64,000 nucleotides of DNA from an uncultured Gemmatimonadaceae bacterium (GTDB taxonomy: Bacteria > Gemmatimonadota > Gemmatimonadetes > Gemmatimonadales > Gemmatimonadaceae): assembly GCA_963740355.1 (NCBI GenBank), contig CAVUDW010000003.1, forward strand, positions 1,120,001 to 1,184,000, read 5' to 3'. Positions 1-11,039 of the stretch are shown here, piece by piece. Numbering within the stretch: position 1 is the first letter of the stretch; each line of letters opens with the position of its first letter. A program made the translations under genes and the position numbers. A model generated the notes under the pieces. That model saw only the letters and a program-made list of their open reading frames with translations. It searched no databases and was not told the DNA's origin.

Positions 1-1
1 C

Positions 2-1009
2 CAGCGCACGCGGTTCTTCGCGCTCGCCGTTGTCGAATGCGTCCTGTTCGTCGCGCAGCTCCACGCTGTGGTAGCTGGCGAAGACCTTGACCTTCTTGTA
101 ACCCGCTTCGCGGAGGCGGTTGACCAGCTGGTCGTCCAGCTCGTCACCGACCTTCACGGTGCGATCGGCTTCCGCCGATTCGCGCTCGAGGCGGGCCTTC
201 TTGGTTTCCTTCTTGGGCTTCATCTCCTCGGCGAGCTTTTCGCGGCCGACGAGCGTGAGCTCCTCGGCGACGATGGCACCGGCCATCTCACGGAGATCCT
301 GACGGTTCTCGCGGATGCGCTCGATGTCGAGCTCACGGATGCCGAAGAAGAGACGATAGATGTCCTCGTTCCCACCGTAACCGAGCGCACGAAGCAGCGC
401 GGTGGCCGGGAACTTCTTCTTCTTGTCGATGTGGACGAAGATCACGTCGTGGATGTCCACGGTGAACTCGACCCATGATCCGCGGAACGGGATGATGCGC
501 GACGAGATGAGGCGCTGGCCGTTAGGATGCGTGTTCTCCTCGAACACGACGCCCGGCGACCGGTGCAACTGGGAGACGATGACGCGCTCGGCGCCATTGA
601 TCACGAACGTTCCGAGGTTGGTGATCAGCGGCAGTTCGCCGAGATAGACCTCCTTCTCGATTTCGTTCTTGAGCTGCTTCTCGCCACCGACTTCCTCGAA
701 GATGCGGAGCGCGAGACGCGCCTTGAGCGGCGCTGAATAGGTCATGTCGCGCTCGATACACTCCTCAACCGAATACTTCGGTTCGCCGAGAGTATATGAC
801 TTGAACTCCAGGCTGAAGTTCTCGTGCGCGTCTGTGATCGGGAACAGGTCCTTGAAGACCCGTTCGAGACCAATGTCTTCGCGGTCATGGGCCGCGGCGT
901 CCAGTTGCAACAGCGCTTCGAACGCGCGTGTCTGGATATCGAGCAGGTGCGGCATGTTCATCCGCACGTCGAGCTTACCGAAGGAAATCTGCTTCATCGA
1001 GTCAGGCAT
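2..1009 (-). CDS. rpoB: DNA-directed RNA polymerase beta subunit, 5' part (runs off the window edge)
   Basis: Manual translation gives MPDSMKQISFGKLDVRMNMPHLLDIQ...GTFVINGAERVIVSQLHRSPGV. Lies downstream of rplL. Confidence 0.97.
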   Translation of the reverse strand, partial: MPDSMKQISFGKLDVRMNMPHLLDIQTRAFEALLQLDAAAHDREDIGLERVFKDLFPITDAHENFSLEFKSYTLGEPKYSVEECIERDMTYSAPLKARLALRIFEEVGGEKQLKNEIEKEVYLGELPLITNLGTFVINGAERVIVSQLHRSPGVVFEENTHPNGQRLISSRIIPFRGSWVEFTVDIHDVIFVHIDKKKKFPATALLRALGYGGNEDIYRLFFGIRELDIERIRENRQDLREMAGAIVAEELTLVGREKLAEEMKPKKETKKARLERESAEADRTVKVGDELDDQLVNRLREAGYKKVKVFASYHSVELRDEQDAFDNGEREEPRAL

Positions 1010-1292
1010 CTCTCACCCGCACGCAGGCGAAAAGCGCCACGCCCCCGCAGCGACCGAAAAGTTTCGGCGACGCGGGGTTGTGGCGGGAAACTGCAGGGAA
1101 GGACCAGCGGAATTGGCAGTCAGCACGATCGTCCGGAGAGTCAAGTGACACCGTCGGTTGGGACCGGGATAGCCCGGAGGACCGAACGGCGGCGGGACGA
1201 CCCCTTCATCGGGCATCGATTCCAGTCCAGCAAGAGCAAACGCGTGAAACTGGAATCGAGTGCCTTCAGTCGAGGTCGTTACCCCGCCAGCG

Positions 1293-1673
1293 TCACTTGA
1301 CTTCGACGACTGCGCCTTCTGCTTCGAGCTTTGCCTTGATGGCGGCTGCGTCGTCCTTGGTGGCTCCACCCTTGACTTCCTTCGGGGCGGCTTCGACCAG
1401 ATCCTTCGCTTCCTTCAGGCCCAGGCCGGTGATTTCGCGAACCACCTTGATGACCTGGATCTTCTTCGCGCCAGCTTCCTTCAGCACGACCGAGAATTCG
1501 GTCTGCTCTTCGACAGCGGCGGCGGGGCCGGCACCGGCAGCGGCCGGAGCGGCAGCAGCGATGGTGACGTTGAACTTTTCCTTGAATGCTTCGACCAGCT
1601 CGGACAGCTCGATGACCGACATGCCGCCGATCGCGTCGAGGATCTCGTCCTTGCTCAGGGTGCTATTCGCCAT
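1293..1673 (-). CDS. rplL: 50S ribosomal protein L7/L12
   Basis: Motifs [10 protein letters not shown] and [24 protein letters not shown]; operon position. Confidence 0.99.
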   Translation of the reverse strand: MANSTLSKDEILDAIGGMSVIELSELVEAFKEKFNVTIAAAAPAAAGAGPAAAVEEQTEFSVVLKEAGAKKIQVIKVVREITGLGLKEAKDLVEAAPKEVKGGATKDDAAAIKAKLEAEGAVVEVK

Positions 1674-1747
1674 TTCTCAAATCTCCGTCGTGGTTCCCAG
1701 GCGACGCTGACTGCGCGCCGGGTGCGTGAAAATCGGTACGCCTGGGA

Positions 1748-2242
1748 TCAGGCAGTTGCGGTGGCGCCTTCGCGCTCCGCCTTCAGGGCTTCGAGGGCAC
1801 CCAACATGGCTCCGAGCGGAGCCTGCAGAGCACCGGCCAACATCGAGAGGAGCACATCGCGTGGCGGAATGGCTGCCAGCTTCGCGACCATCTTCGCATC
1901 GACTTCCTTGCCCTCGTACACCCCGCCCTTCACTTCGGGCTTCTGGTCGTTCGCCTTCGCGAAGTCGGTGAGCACCTTGGCCGCCATCAAGGCGTCCTTG
2001 CCCACCACGATCCCGGTCGGACCCTTCAACTTGGTCGACACGAGGCCTGACTCCGACACGGCCCGCAATGCGAGCGTGTTCTTGATGACCACGTACTCCA
2101 CGCCGGCTGCACGCAGCTTGCGACGGAGGTCGGTCATCCGCTTCACGTTCAGTCCCGTGAAGTCGGTGTAGTACAGCGCCGCAGCGCCGCTGATCTTTTC
2201 CCGCAGCTCGACGACGAGCTGTTCCTTTTCGGATCGCTTCAT
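1748..2242 (-). CDS. rplJ: 50S ribosomal protein L10
   Basis: DFTGLNV..MTDLRRKLR and VIKNTL motifs; between rplA and rplL. Confidence 0.98.
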   Translation of the reverse strand: MKRSEKEQLVVELREKISGAAALYYTDFTGLNVKRMTDLRRKLRAAGVEYVVIKNTLALRAVSESGLVSTKLKGPTGIVVGKDALMAAKVLTDFAKANDQKPEVKGGVYEGKEVDAKMVAKLAAIPPRDVLLSMLAGALQAPLGAMLGALEALKAEREGATATA

Positions 2243-2248
2243 GTCGTG

Positions 2249-2938
2249 TTACCGGTAGGGATTGGGATCGACAAGCACGCCCGGGCCCATCGTGCTCGAG
2301 ACCGAGATGGTGCGGACGTACACACCCTTGGCCGCGCTGGGCTTGGAACGCACTACCTGATCGATGAAGGCCGAGAAATTCTGTTCCAGCGCTTCAATCG
2401 CAAACGAGACCTTGCCGATCGGGACGTGCACATTGCCGCCCTTGTCGACGCGGAACTCGATACGGCCGGCCTTCGTCTCCTTCACCGCGCGAGCGACATC
2501 GAACGTGACGGTGCCGGTCTTCGGATTCGGCATCAGGCCACGGGGCCCGAGCACGCGTCCAAGCTGACCGACCTGACCCATCTGGTCCGGCGTTGCAATC
2601 ATCACGTCGAAGTCGAGGAAGCCGTCCTTGATCTTCTGGATGTACTCGATACCGACGAGGTCAGCGCCAGCCGCTTCGGCTTCCGCTGCCTTCGGACCGG
2701 CCGCAATCACGAGGACGCGAACGGTCTTGCCGGTGCCGGCAGGCAGCACGACTGTGCCGCGCACCAGCTGATCCGCATGCCGCGGATCGACACCAAGGCG
2801 CACGACGACTTCGACGGTCTCGTCGAACTTCGCGAATGCGCCGGCCTTCACTGCTTCCAACGCGGCGCGCGAGGCGTATGCCTGCGTGGCGTTGATCTTG
2901 GCCGCAGCGGCCTTGAACTTCTTGCCATGAGCGCGCAT
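2249..2938 (-). CDS. rplA: 50S ribosomal protein L1
   Basis: [23 protein letters not shown] and STMGPG motifs. Confidence 0.99.
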   Translation of the reverse strand: MRAHGKKFKAAAAKINATQAYASRAALEAVKAGAFAKFDETVEVVVRLGVDPRHADQLVRGTVVLPAGTGKTVRVLVIAAGPKAAEAEAAGADLVGIEYIQKIKDGFLDFDVMIATPDQMGQVGQLGRVLGPRGLMPNPKTGTVTFDVARAVKETKAGRIEFRVDKGGNVHVPIGKVSFAIEALEQNFSAFIDQVVRSKPSAAKGVYVRTISVSSTMGPGVLVDPNPYR

Positions 2939-3360
2939 CAGCCCTTGACCTCCACACCCATCGAGCGTGCTGCACCAGCCATCATCTTGATGGCCGACTC
3001 AATGGTGTCGCAGTTCAGGTCCGGCATCTTGATCTCCGCAATCTTGCGCAGCTGAGCCGTGCTGATGGAACCCACCTTGGTCTTGTTCGGCGCGCCTGAC
3101 CCGCTCGCCAAACCCAACTCCTTCTTGATCAGGATCGCCGCAGGCGGCGTCTTGAGGATGAAGGTGAAGGACTTGTCGCCGTAGATCGTCACTTCGACCG
3201 GGAGAATCGTATCCTGGCCCTGCGTCCGAGCGTTGAACTCTTTGCAGAACCCCATGATGTTGATTCCCTGGGGGCCGAGCGCCGTACCTACTGGAGGGGC
3301 CGGCGTCGCCTTGCCTGCAGGGATCTGCAGTTTGACGAATCCGGTGACCTTCTTGGCCAT
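2938..3360 (-). CDS. rplK: 50S ribosomal protein L11
   Basis: [29 protein letters not shown]; start set at ATG 3360. Confidence 0.99.
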   Translation of the reverse strand: MAKKVTGFVKLQIPAGKATPAPPVGTALGPQGINIMGFCKEFNARTQGQDTILPVEVTIYGDKSFTFILKTPPAAILIKKELGLASGSGAPNKTKVGSISTAQLRKIAEIKMPDLNCDTIESAIKMMAGAARSMGVEVKG

Positions 3361-3534
3361 CTGTACCTCGCTGACGTTGCGGTGCTGATCCACGCGTGTG
3401 CGACATGCGCACGGTGTAGCACCGGAAACTCCCATGGGGTTTTGCGTCGTCGTGGTCGCCGACGTCCTGCACCTGCCCTGCTCTGTCCTGCTCTACGTCA
3501 CCGCCGTCTCGACTGCTGACGGCGAGGAGCCGTT

Positions 3535-4089
3535 CTAGTAGCCCTTCAACTGCAGGTAGTCGAGTTCGACACTCGTCGGGCGACCGAACAGGCTCACCGA
3601 GACGCGCACCTTGCCCTTGTCCGGCATGACTTCTTCCACGGTGCCGTTGAAATCGGTGAACGGGCCTTCGGTGATCTGAACGGCCTGACCCACCAGGAAG
3701 GGAATCTCCTCGACCGGGGCGGACGCGGCCTTCTCGTCCACGATCCCCAGGAGTCGCTTCACTTCCTCATCCCGCAGCGGCGCCGGCTCCTTGTCCTTGC
3801 CGACGAACTTGATCACGCCCTGAATGCCATTGACGGTGTGCTGGGTGTCCTGATTGACCACCATTTCCACCAGCACATATCCAGGAAACGTCTTCTTCTC
3901 GACTTCCACCTTCTTGCCGTTCTTGACCTCGACCACGGTCTGCGTCGGCACCATCACCTGACGGATCTGACGCTCTTCCGGCGCCGTCGGATCGGTATCG
4001 ATCCGGCGCTGCAGCAGCGTGCGCACCTTGTTCTCGTGGCCGGCGGTGGTCTGCACGGCGTACCAGCGATGACTGGTGGCGGAGAGCAT
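3535..4089 (-). CDS. nusG: Transcription termination/antitermination factor NusG
   Basis: RWYAVQT..GHENKV, FPGYVLVEM, KOW motif GPFTDFNGTV, FGRPTSVEL. Confidence 0.98.
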   Translation of the reverse strand: MLSATSHRWYAVQTTAGHENKVRTLLQRRIDTDPTAPEERQIRQVMVPTQTVVEVKNGKKVEVEKKTFPGYVLVEMVVNQDTQHTVNGIQGVIKFVGKDKEPAPLRDEEVKRLLGIVDEKAASAPVEEIPFLVGQAVQITEGPFTDFNGTVEEVMPDKGKVRVSVSLFGRPTSVELDYLQLKGY

Positions 4090-4094
4090 GGGCA

Positions 4095-4328
4095 CTAGCG
4101 GGCGAAGAGACGGGGGAGCCCAGAAACGAGCACCGCCTGACAGACCAAATCGATGATGCCAATCACGGCGCCGATGAACAGCACCACGACGATGATTCCG
4201 AGCGTGGCCTGACGCACCTGCGGCCAATCAGGCCAGGTGACCTTGCGCATCTCGACCATGACGTCGTTGTAGAACGTCACGAGGCGAGTTGGCAGGCTTG
4301 CACGGGGTGTTTCGACGGCGGTACTCAC
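4095..4328 (-). CDS. secE: Preprotein translocase subunit SecE
   Basis: EMRKVTWP motif followed by one TM helix; directly upstream of nusG. Confidence 0.96.
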   Translation of the reverse strand: MSTAVETPRASLPTRLVTFYNDVMVEMRKVTWPDWPQVRQATLGIIVVVLFIGAVIGIIDLVCQAVLVSGLPRLFAR

Positions 4329-4380
4329 GCGGACTGCTCCTTCAGGTCTGAACAGTGGAACCAGCTTGTCCGGGCACGAA

Positions 4381-4409
4381 AGCCGGACTCCGGGAAACGG
4401 AGTCCGGCT
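4381..4409 (-). terminator. Perfect 12-bp hairpin downstream of tuf (possible terminator, attenuator or processing stem)
   Basis: agccggactccg-ggaaa-cggagtccggct; only a short T run follows on the minus strand. Confidence 0.5.
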
Positions 4410-4428
4410 CGTACCTCAGTCGTGCGAC

Positions 4429-5622
<1,194 letters not shown>

Positions 5623-5772
5623 GACAGCGCAATCCTGGAATAGAGGTGGTGAAGAAAACGGTCCAGACGGTCGACGCGCGCCAAGGCATGATCCGAGGCT
5701 AGCGCAAGCGGCGGGTCCGCTCGTGCGCCGCATGGCACAAGTCGAATCCGCCGAGGTGGTACAGCCCTACAG

Positions 5773-5845
5773 AGCTCGCAATCGGGATCGAACCGATGAC
5801 CTCATCCTTACCAAGGATGTGCTCTACCGACTGAGCTATGCGAGC
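5773..5845 (-). tRNA. tRNA-Thr(GGT)
   Basis: Minus strand GCTCGCATAGCTCAGTCGGTAGAGCACATCCTTGGTAAGGATGAGGTCATCGGTTCGATCCCGATTGCGAGCT folds as a cloverleaf with anticodon GGT; CCA not encoded. Confidence 0.97.
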
Positions 5846-5881
5846 ATGCCCGACGCAGAAGCGGCGCGGGGCAAGTCTGTG

Positions 5882-5910
5882 AAGGTAAGGGGGATGGGTG
5901 TGGGACTCAA
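5882..5910 (-). promoter_or_regulatory. Sigma70-like promoter for tRNA-Thr(GGT)-tuf
   Basis: TTGAGT-N17-TACCTT on the minus strand, 36 nt upstream of the tRNA. Confidence 0.65.
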
Positions 5911-6236
5911 GGGCAGGGGGACTGCCCGAATGGCTGGGGGTGGTCGGCAACGGATGAGTTCGACCGCTGAAGCGCCACTGAGCCCCCCGAGGTGCTCGGC
6001 CGAGGGTGCCGAGGGCGATCTCCCCCCCAACCTCTACCTCGCCTCGATTCACGAGATCAGCCCCCGGCGCCTGCCGCTCGGCGCGCCTTGCCTTGAGCGT
6101 GGGGAGCTTGAGCGAGGGTGCTATCCCCCCAGCTCTCACACCTGACGCTACGCTCGGGGCCGCTGGCTTGGAATCGCAGACGACGACCACGCGCTGCAAC
6201 AACGTGAGCTCAAGGAGGGCCGGGGAGAGATGACCG

Positions 6237-7208
6237 TCAATTGTGTGAGCGAACTCGGTCGATGAATGTGACCAGGGTGTCGATCAATGCCGCAGGGAGG
6301 GGTACGGATGGGTCAGTGTAGTACCGCTGCTGCTCCCCCGCGGATGCAGGCGTGATCTTCAGCACATGGTTCATGCCGGGGATGAGCGCGAGTCGCGCTT
6401 TCGGGAGCGCTGCAGCCAGCATATCGACCTCCGACGGCGCCACCTGAAGGTCGTGGGTGCCCTGCACGAGGAGCACCGGTACGGTGAGCTTCGCAATTTC
6501 CGTCGCTCCGGAATAGCGCAACCACGAGATCAGGTACGGCTGCACACTCGGGCGATAAAGCGCGAGCAATGCCGCCGGAGGATTCACTACGGTGTCGCCG
6601 CGAACAAGACGGGCCAGAACGGAATCGGACTGCACCTGCATTGCCGTTGGTAACCGCGTTGCCAACTGTTCGTGAATCACCTCGTCAGCGCGGCGCGCGG
6701 GCCCCGCAATGGAAACGAAGGCGTCGGGATGGGAAATGCTTGAGGCGAGCATTCCAAGTAGCGATCCTTCGCTGTGCCCGATGATAACGACGCGGGAGAA
6801 TCGCTTGTCGGCGCGCGCCTGCGTGACCCACGCGCTGGCATCTGCGGCTGCCAACTCGAAGCGGAGGTCATGCTCCGCTGGCATCGCGGCGCGGCTTTCG
6901 CCGATGCCACGTTTGTCATAGCGCAGAGTAGCGATGCCGTGCGCTACGAGGCTGTCCGCAAGCATGCGGTATGCATCGGATCCGCTGGGCATGCCGATGG
7001 TGTTGCCGTTGCGGTCCGTTGGGCCAGAGCCTGGGATCACGACTGCAAGCGGATGGGCGCCAACTCCTGCTGGCAGCTGCAGCGTTCCCGCCAGGGTGCC
7101 AGTGGGCGTGCGAAGGGCGACGGCCTCCGACGTTTGCGCCCAGCCACTAGTGACCGTGGCGGCGAAGCAGACTGCGACGGCGGCGAACGTGCGAGTTGCG
7201 AAGGGCAT
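6237..7208 (-). CDS. Secreted alpha/beta hydrolase
   Basis: Signal peptide, GSGPTDRNGN, nucleophile elbow GHSEG, GTHDLQV, MNHVLK. Confidence 0.88.
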   Translation of the reverse strand: MPFATRTFAAVAVCFAATVTSGWAQTSEAVALRTPTGTLAGTLQLPAGVGAHPLAVVIPGSGPTDRNGNTIGMPSGSDAYRMLADSLVAHGIATLRYDKRGIGESRAAMPAEHDLRFELAAADASAWVTQARADKRFSRVVIIGHSEGSLLGMLASSISHPDAFVSIAGPARRADEVIHEQLATRLPTAMQVQSDSVLARLVRGDTVVNPPAALLALYRPSVQPYLISWLRYSGATEIAKLTVPVLLVQGTHDLQVAPSEVDMLAAALPKARLALIPGMNHVLKITPASAGEQQRYYTDPSVPLPAALIDTLVTFIDRVRSHN

Positions 7209-7212
7209 GGTG

Positions 7213-7647
7213 TCAGGGCTGCGCGATCGAGGGAAGTTCAACCTGCGGCACGCGTGCGCGTATCAACGCAAGAAATTCGGCCTCCCGCGCCGGCGAAATC
7301 ACAGCGAGCCCCGATGAACCGTAGTCGATCTCGAGTCGCCGCAGCGACAGCGCCGGCGCCGAGATCAACGTGTTGCTTCGGCGCACCCGTCGGATGCTCG
7401 CCAAGGGAAGCGTGACCCGCATCGGACCGCCGCGGATGCGCAGTTCGGTGTCGGTCACCGTGTAAGACGTGTCGAGCAGCAGCCACAGGATCAGACCAGT
7501 CGTCACAGCGCAGACCAGCGCCGGAACCATCAGCGACTCGCCGCCACGTCGCGCCACACCGATCAGCGTCCAGGCGACGACGGCCACCGGCGTCACAAGC
7601 ACCACCGCGACCACCGCATCGATTCGCGACCGGAACCGTTCGCTCAC
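7213..7647 (-). CDS. Membrane protein with bacterial PH-like domain
   Basis: Two TM helices then TSYTVTDTELRIRGG..SAPALSLRRLEIDY..ISP. Confidence 0.8.
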   Translation of the reverse strand: MSERFRSRIDAVVAVVLVTPVAVVAWTLIGVARRGGESLMVPALVCAVTTGLILWLLLDTSYTVTDTELRIRGGPMRVTLPLASIRRVRRSNTLISAPALSLRRLEIDYGSSGLAVISPAREAEFLALIRARVPQVELPSIAQP

Positions 7648-8150
7648 CTTGGAGCCGCCGCAGCCGATGCGTGCGATGTGAGTTCTACAAAAAGCCGGCG
7701 CGTCGCGGCGGAATCGCGGTCGTTCACGAAAACGACTCCGGATTTCGCGTAGACAACGACATACGGCGGTTTAGTCGCGTTGACGAAGAGTCTTGCGCTG
7801 CCGAACGGCCGCATGGCGAAGCGACCGGCGTATGAACTCCCCCACTGGAAGCCATTCTGTTTCGACCCGAGGCCGGACAATTGCGTCACCAACGCGACGC
7901 TGTCGATGTCGGCACGCTGCACGTTGGCCGAGAAGCCGGCAGCGCTCACCCGCAATTTCGTCGAGGAAAGAGAGATCGCGGCAGGGCGTGAACTCACGAA
8001 CACAGCTGCAGCGATGAAGACGACGGTGCCGGCGAAAATCCCGAGCACCAAGTTACCCTGCCGAGTGGCCGCCGCGTCGGCGTTCAGCATGGCGGCATGC
8101 CGTGTTTCAGCCGCTTGCGAGTTCTCGCCAACCATCCCGTCGATCGACAT
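7644..8150 (-). CDS. Membrane-anchored hypothetical protein, probable bacterial PH-like domain
   Basis: One TM helix then KQNGF..YAGRF..GSARLFVN..PPYV; stop overlaps the next gene's start. Confidence 0.6.
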   Translation of the reverse strand: MSIDGMVGENSQAAETRHAAMLNADAAATRQGNLVLGIFAGTVVFIAAAVFVSSRPAAISLSSTKLRVSAAGFSANVQRADIDSVALVTQLSGLGSKQNGFQWGSSYAGRFAMRPFGSARLFVNATKPPYVVVYAKSGVVFVNDRDSAATRRLFVELTSHASAAAAPR

Positions 8151-8421
8151 CGGCGTCCTTCCGAGTGAGACGCGAGCCCCAATTCTGCAGAACAACGTGC
8201 GGATTGGTATTTACTCAAATCGGGATAATCTGACAACAAGTTCGAGGGCGACGGGCGCCGGACAAGCGTACCGTGCGGTTCAGGAGCAGCGACTTCAGAG
8301 TCCTGGAGAGCAGGCAGTCGACAGGCCAGAACACACGTTCGTCCGCATGCCGCCGCCGGACCGCGCCGTCGAAGCGGGGTTTGCCGAGGAGGACTCCGAA
8401 CGAAGCTTCCTCCCAGCCACC

Positions 8422-9734
8422 CTACCGCCTCGCCTTCGCCCCGCTCCACTTGTACACCACCCCGCCCCGCATCACGAACACCACCCGCCGTACGGCCGTC
8501 GGGTCCGCGACCGGGTCGCCATCCACCGCGATCAGATCAGCCTCGTAGCCTGGAGCCAAGGCGCCGATCCGATCACCAAGGCCAATGGCCGAGGCCGCCA
8601 GCGACTGCGCCGACACCAGCGCGGCCATCGGTGTCTGCCCGCAGTGTTCGATCCGCCCCAGAAACTCCTCGGCGTTGCGGCCATGCGCGCCGGCCGTCGC
8701 GTCGGTGCTGAACACCACCTTCGCGCCCGGCGTGTGCACCGCAATCCGGCAGATGTCGAAATCCAGCGGCAGGTCCTTCTCCATCGTGGCCATGCCCGCC
8801 ACGCTGTAGTTGCCGACCCCGAGGTACCGCGGCGTGTTGGCGATGTAGTTCTGCACCACCAGGCCGACCTGCGGACTGATGAACGCGCCCATCTTCACCG
8901 CCGTCGCGATGTCCTCGGCAGTGGCATACGTGGCATGCTCGATCTGATTGCAGCCGGCCAGTGCAGCCGCACTGACCTGCGAACGATATGCATGCACCAT
9001 CGATCGCATCCCCAGCGCCTTCGCTTCGCCACAGAGAATCGTGAGCTGTTCCTGCGAAAGCGTTGGCTTCGCTCCGATGCGCTGACTGGTCGACGCGAAG
9101 ATCTTGACCAGGTCCGCGCCTTCTGCCTTTCGCTGCCGGACCATCGCGCGCAGCTGCTCCGGCGTGCCGGTGCTGTCACCCTTGCCTTCGATCCAGGCCA
9201 ACGACGTGAGCACGCGCGGACCGGGAAACCCATGATCGCGAATGATGTCGCGCAATGGTTTCTCGGTTGGATCGCCAACGGTCTGCACCGTGGTGAACCC
9301 GCCCATCAATGTTTCCCAACCCGCGAGCGCGATGCCCATTGCGGCTTCCATCGGCGGCTCGGAATCAGTTGCGATGCGGCCCGCGCTGTTCCAGTGCGAA
9401 TCGAGATGCACGTGGGTGTCGATCCACCCAGGCATCACCGTGTAGCCGCGAAGGTCGATCTCGGTGCCGCCGGCGCCGGCCGTCAGCGAGGATGATGCGA
9501 CCATTCGCGATGCCGATACGACGTGCGGGGCTCACGTTGCCGCGTCCATCGAGGGCGTGATCGGTGAGGATCACGACGGGCCCGGGCGGTCGTGGCAGGC
9601 GGCGGAATCGGCGCCACGGTGCCTGGCGCCTGCGCATGCGCCTGCAGCGTTTGCGTCATGCCGACGGCAAGCGTGAGCGCGATCCAGATTGCCCGGCGGC
9701 GACACCGAGTGAGCGTCATGTCGTTCATGTTCAC
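8422..9734 (-). CDS. Secreted amidohydrolase family protein, N-terminus broken by two frameshifts (about 9585 and 9490)
   Basis: Main frame has MPGWIDTHVH, HAY, IEH, STD and ADLIAVDGDP. The signal peptide is in the 9483..9734 frame and the LDGRG..IGIANGRI strand is in the 9365..9637 frame. Confidence 0.8.
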
Positions 9735-10885
9735 GGGTGGATCGGCAGTCGCGCGCTGAAGCAGGTACCGTCTGCGTCAGTGGAGGTCACGGTCAATCGG
9801 CCACCGTGCCCCTCGACGATCTGCTCGGCAATGAACAGGCCAATGCCCAGGTGCCTTGGATCTTCGACCACTGCAGTGCCCGGGAGCAGGCGCTTGAAGG
9901 GGTCGAAAATGCGCTGCAGATCCTGGCGGGCGATCGCAGGCCCCTGGTTCAGCACCTTCAGCACACCGGCACCATCCTGCTTGAGCACGTCGATGTGGAT
10001 GGGTTGACCGGGCTCACCGTGTTCCACGGCGTTGTCGAGCAGGTTGATCAGCAACTGCTTGATCCGATCGGCGTCGGCACGACAGGGAATGGCTTCGTCG
10101 CCGCTGAACACGAGCTTTTGCTCGGGGAACGCCAGCGCGAACTCCTCGACGCCCTCATGCACGACGCGCGCGAGGTCGATGTCGCGCAGAACGATGCCGA
10201 TGCCCGCCCCGAGCCGGCTTCGCGTGAAGTCGAGCAGATCGTCGATCATGCGGTACATGCGCTTGGTGCTGCGCTTCGCCCGCTGCAGCGCTTCCTGCTG
10301 CGGTGCGCCCAGCGACGACGCCTCGAGCAGCTGGGCGGTCAGCAGCACTGTCTGCAACGGCATGCGAAGGTCGTGGGAGAGGATCGCCACGAACATGTCG
10401 CGCGCATGATCGATGTCGGCGGTGAATCGCGCCAGCGATTCGGCCACGGCCTGATCGATCGCCTCGTTGAAGCGCATCAGGTCCTCGAGGTCGGCTGCGT
10501 CATGCATGCCGTACCGATGGATCCAGAGGCGCAGCACCGTGGCGCGCAGGGCGCGGAATTCCGCCACCATGTCACCGACCGTGAATCCGCTTTTCGCACG
10601 CTCGGCGCCGTGTGTCTCGGCCGCCGTCACCTCGTCACCCGCGCCTGGATTTCCGGGGACCGCAGCTTGCGGCTGCGAATCGCTCGTGCCCTGCGACTTG
10701 TCGAACTGCTCGCGTCGCGATTGCGGTGTGCCGAGATCCCTGGCGATCTGGTGCAGCATGCCGCCTGCGTGATCGCGCAGCGCACTCAGGTTCATGCCCT
10801 CGGCGGCATCTCGTGTCCGAGCGAACGCAACCCACTCCGCGAGAATTTCCTCGAGGTTCGTTTCAATGAATTCCTGCAAACGCAC
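9731..10885 (-). CDS. Soluble sensor histidine kinase with RsbRD_N-like N-terminal domain
   Basis: H-box LSHDLRMPL, N-box NLLDNAVEHG, G-box HLGIGL; N-terminal 'EEILAEW..LRDHA'; GTG start with GGAG RBS. Confidence 0.88.
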   Translation of the reverse strand: MRLQEFIETNLEEILAEWVAFARTRDAAEGMNLSALRDHAGGMLHQIARDLGTPQSRREQFDKSQGTSDSQPQAAVPGNPGAGDEVTAAETHGAERAKSGFTVGDMVAEFRALRATVLRLWIHRYGMHDAADLEDLMRFNEAIDQAVAESLARFTADIDHARDMFVAILSHDLRMPLQTVLLTAQLLEASSLGAPQQEALQRAKRSTKRMYRMIDDLLDFTRSRLGAGIGIVLRDIDLARVVHEGVEEFALAFPEQKLVFSGDEAIPCRADADRIKQLLINLLDNAVEHGEPGQPIHIDVLKQDGAGVLKVLNQGPAIARQDLQRIFDPFKRLLPGTAVVEDPRHLGIGLFIAEQIVEGHGGRLTVTSTDADGTCFSARLPIHP

Positions 10886-10976
10886 GGACGCTCCGAATCG
10901 GTGGAGTGACAAACTCGACACCGGCAATATATCGTGCGGCCACGCATGAGGTCTCGCGACTTCGTGCATGAAACAG

Positions 10977-11009
10977 ACGACGCCCCTGCGCACTGCACAG
11001 GGGCGTCGT
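10977..11009 (-). terminator. Hairpin downstream of the lipoprotein gene
   Basis: acgacgcccctg..caggggcgtcgt stem, followed by ctgttt on the minus strand. Confidence 0.5.
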
Positions 11010-11039
11010 GTTCATGACCTGCCGAACTCGTCATTCAGC

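Noticed and set aside
4329..4428. No rpmG or tRNA-Trp between tuf and secE
   Set aside because: Direct tuf-secE adjacency also occurs in well-known genomes such as E. coli, so it is not clearly unusual without relatives to compare.
7780..9495. Long plus-strand ORF (also 19315..21078, 22041..23702, 38097..40040, 4366..5643)
   Set aside because: Antisense shadows of recognisable genes, expected in high-GC DNA.
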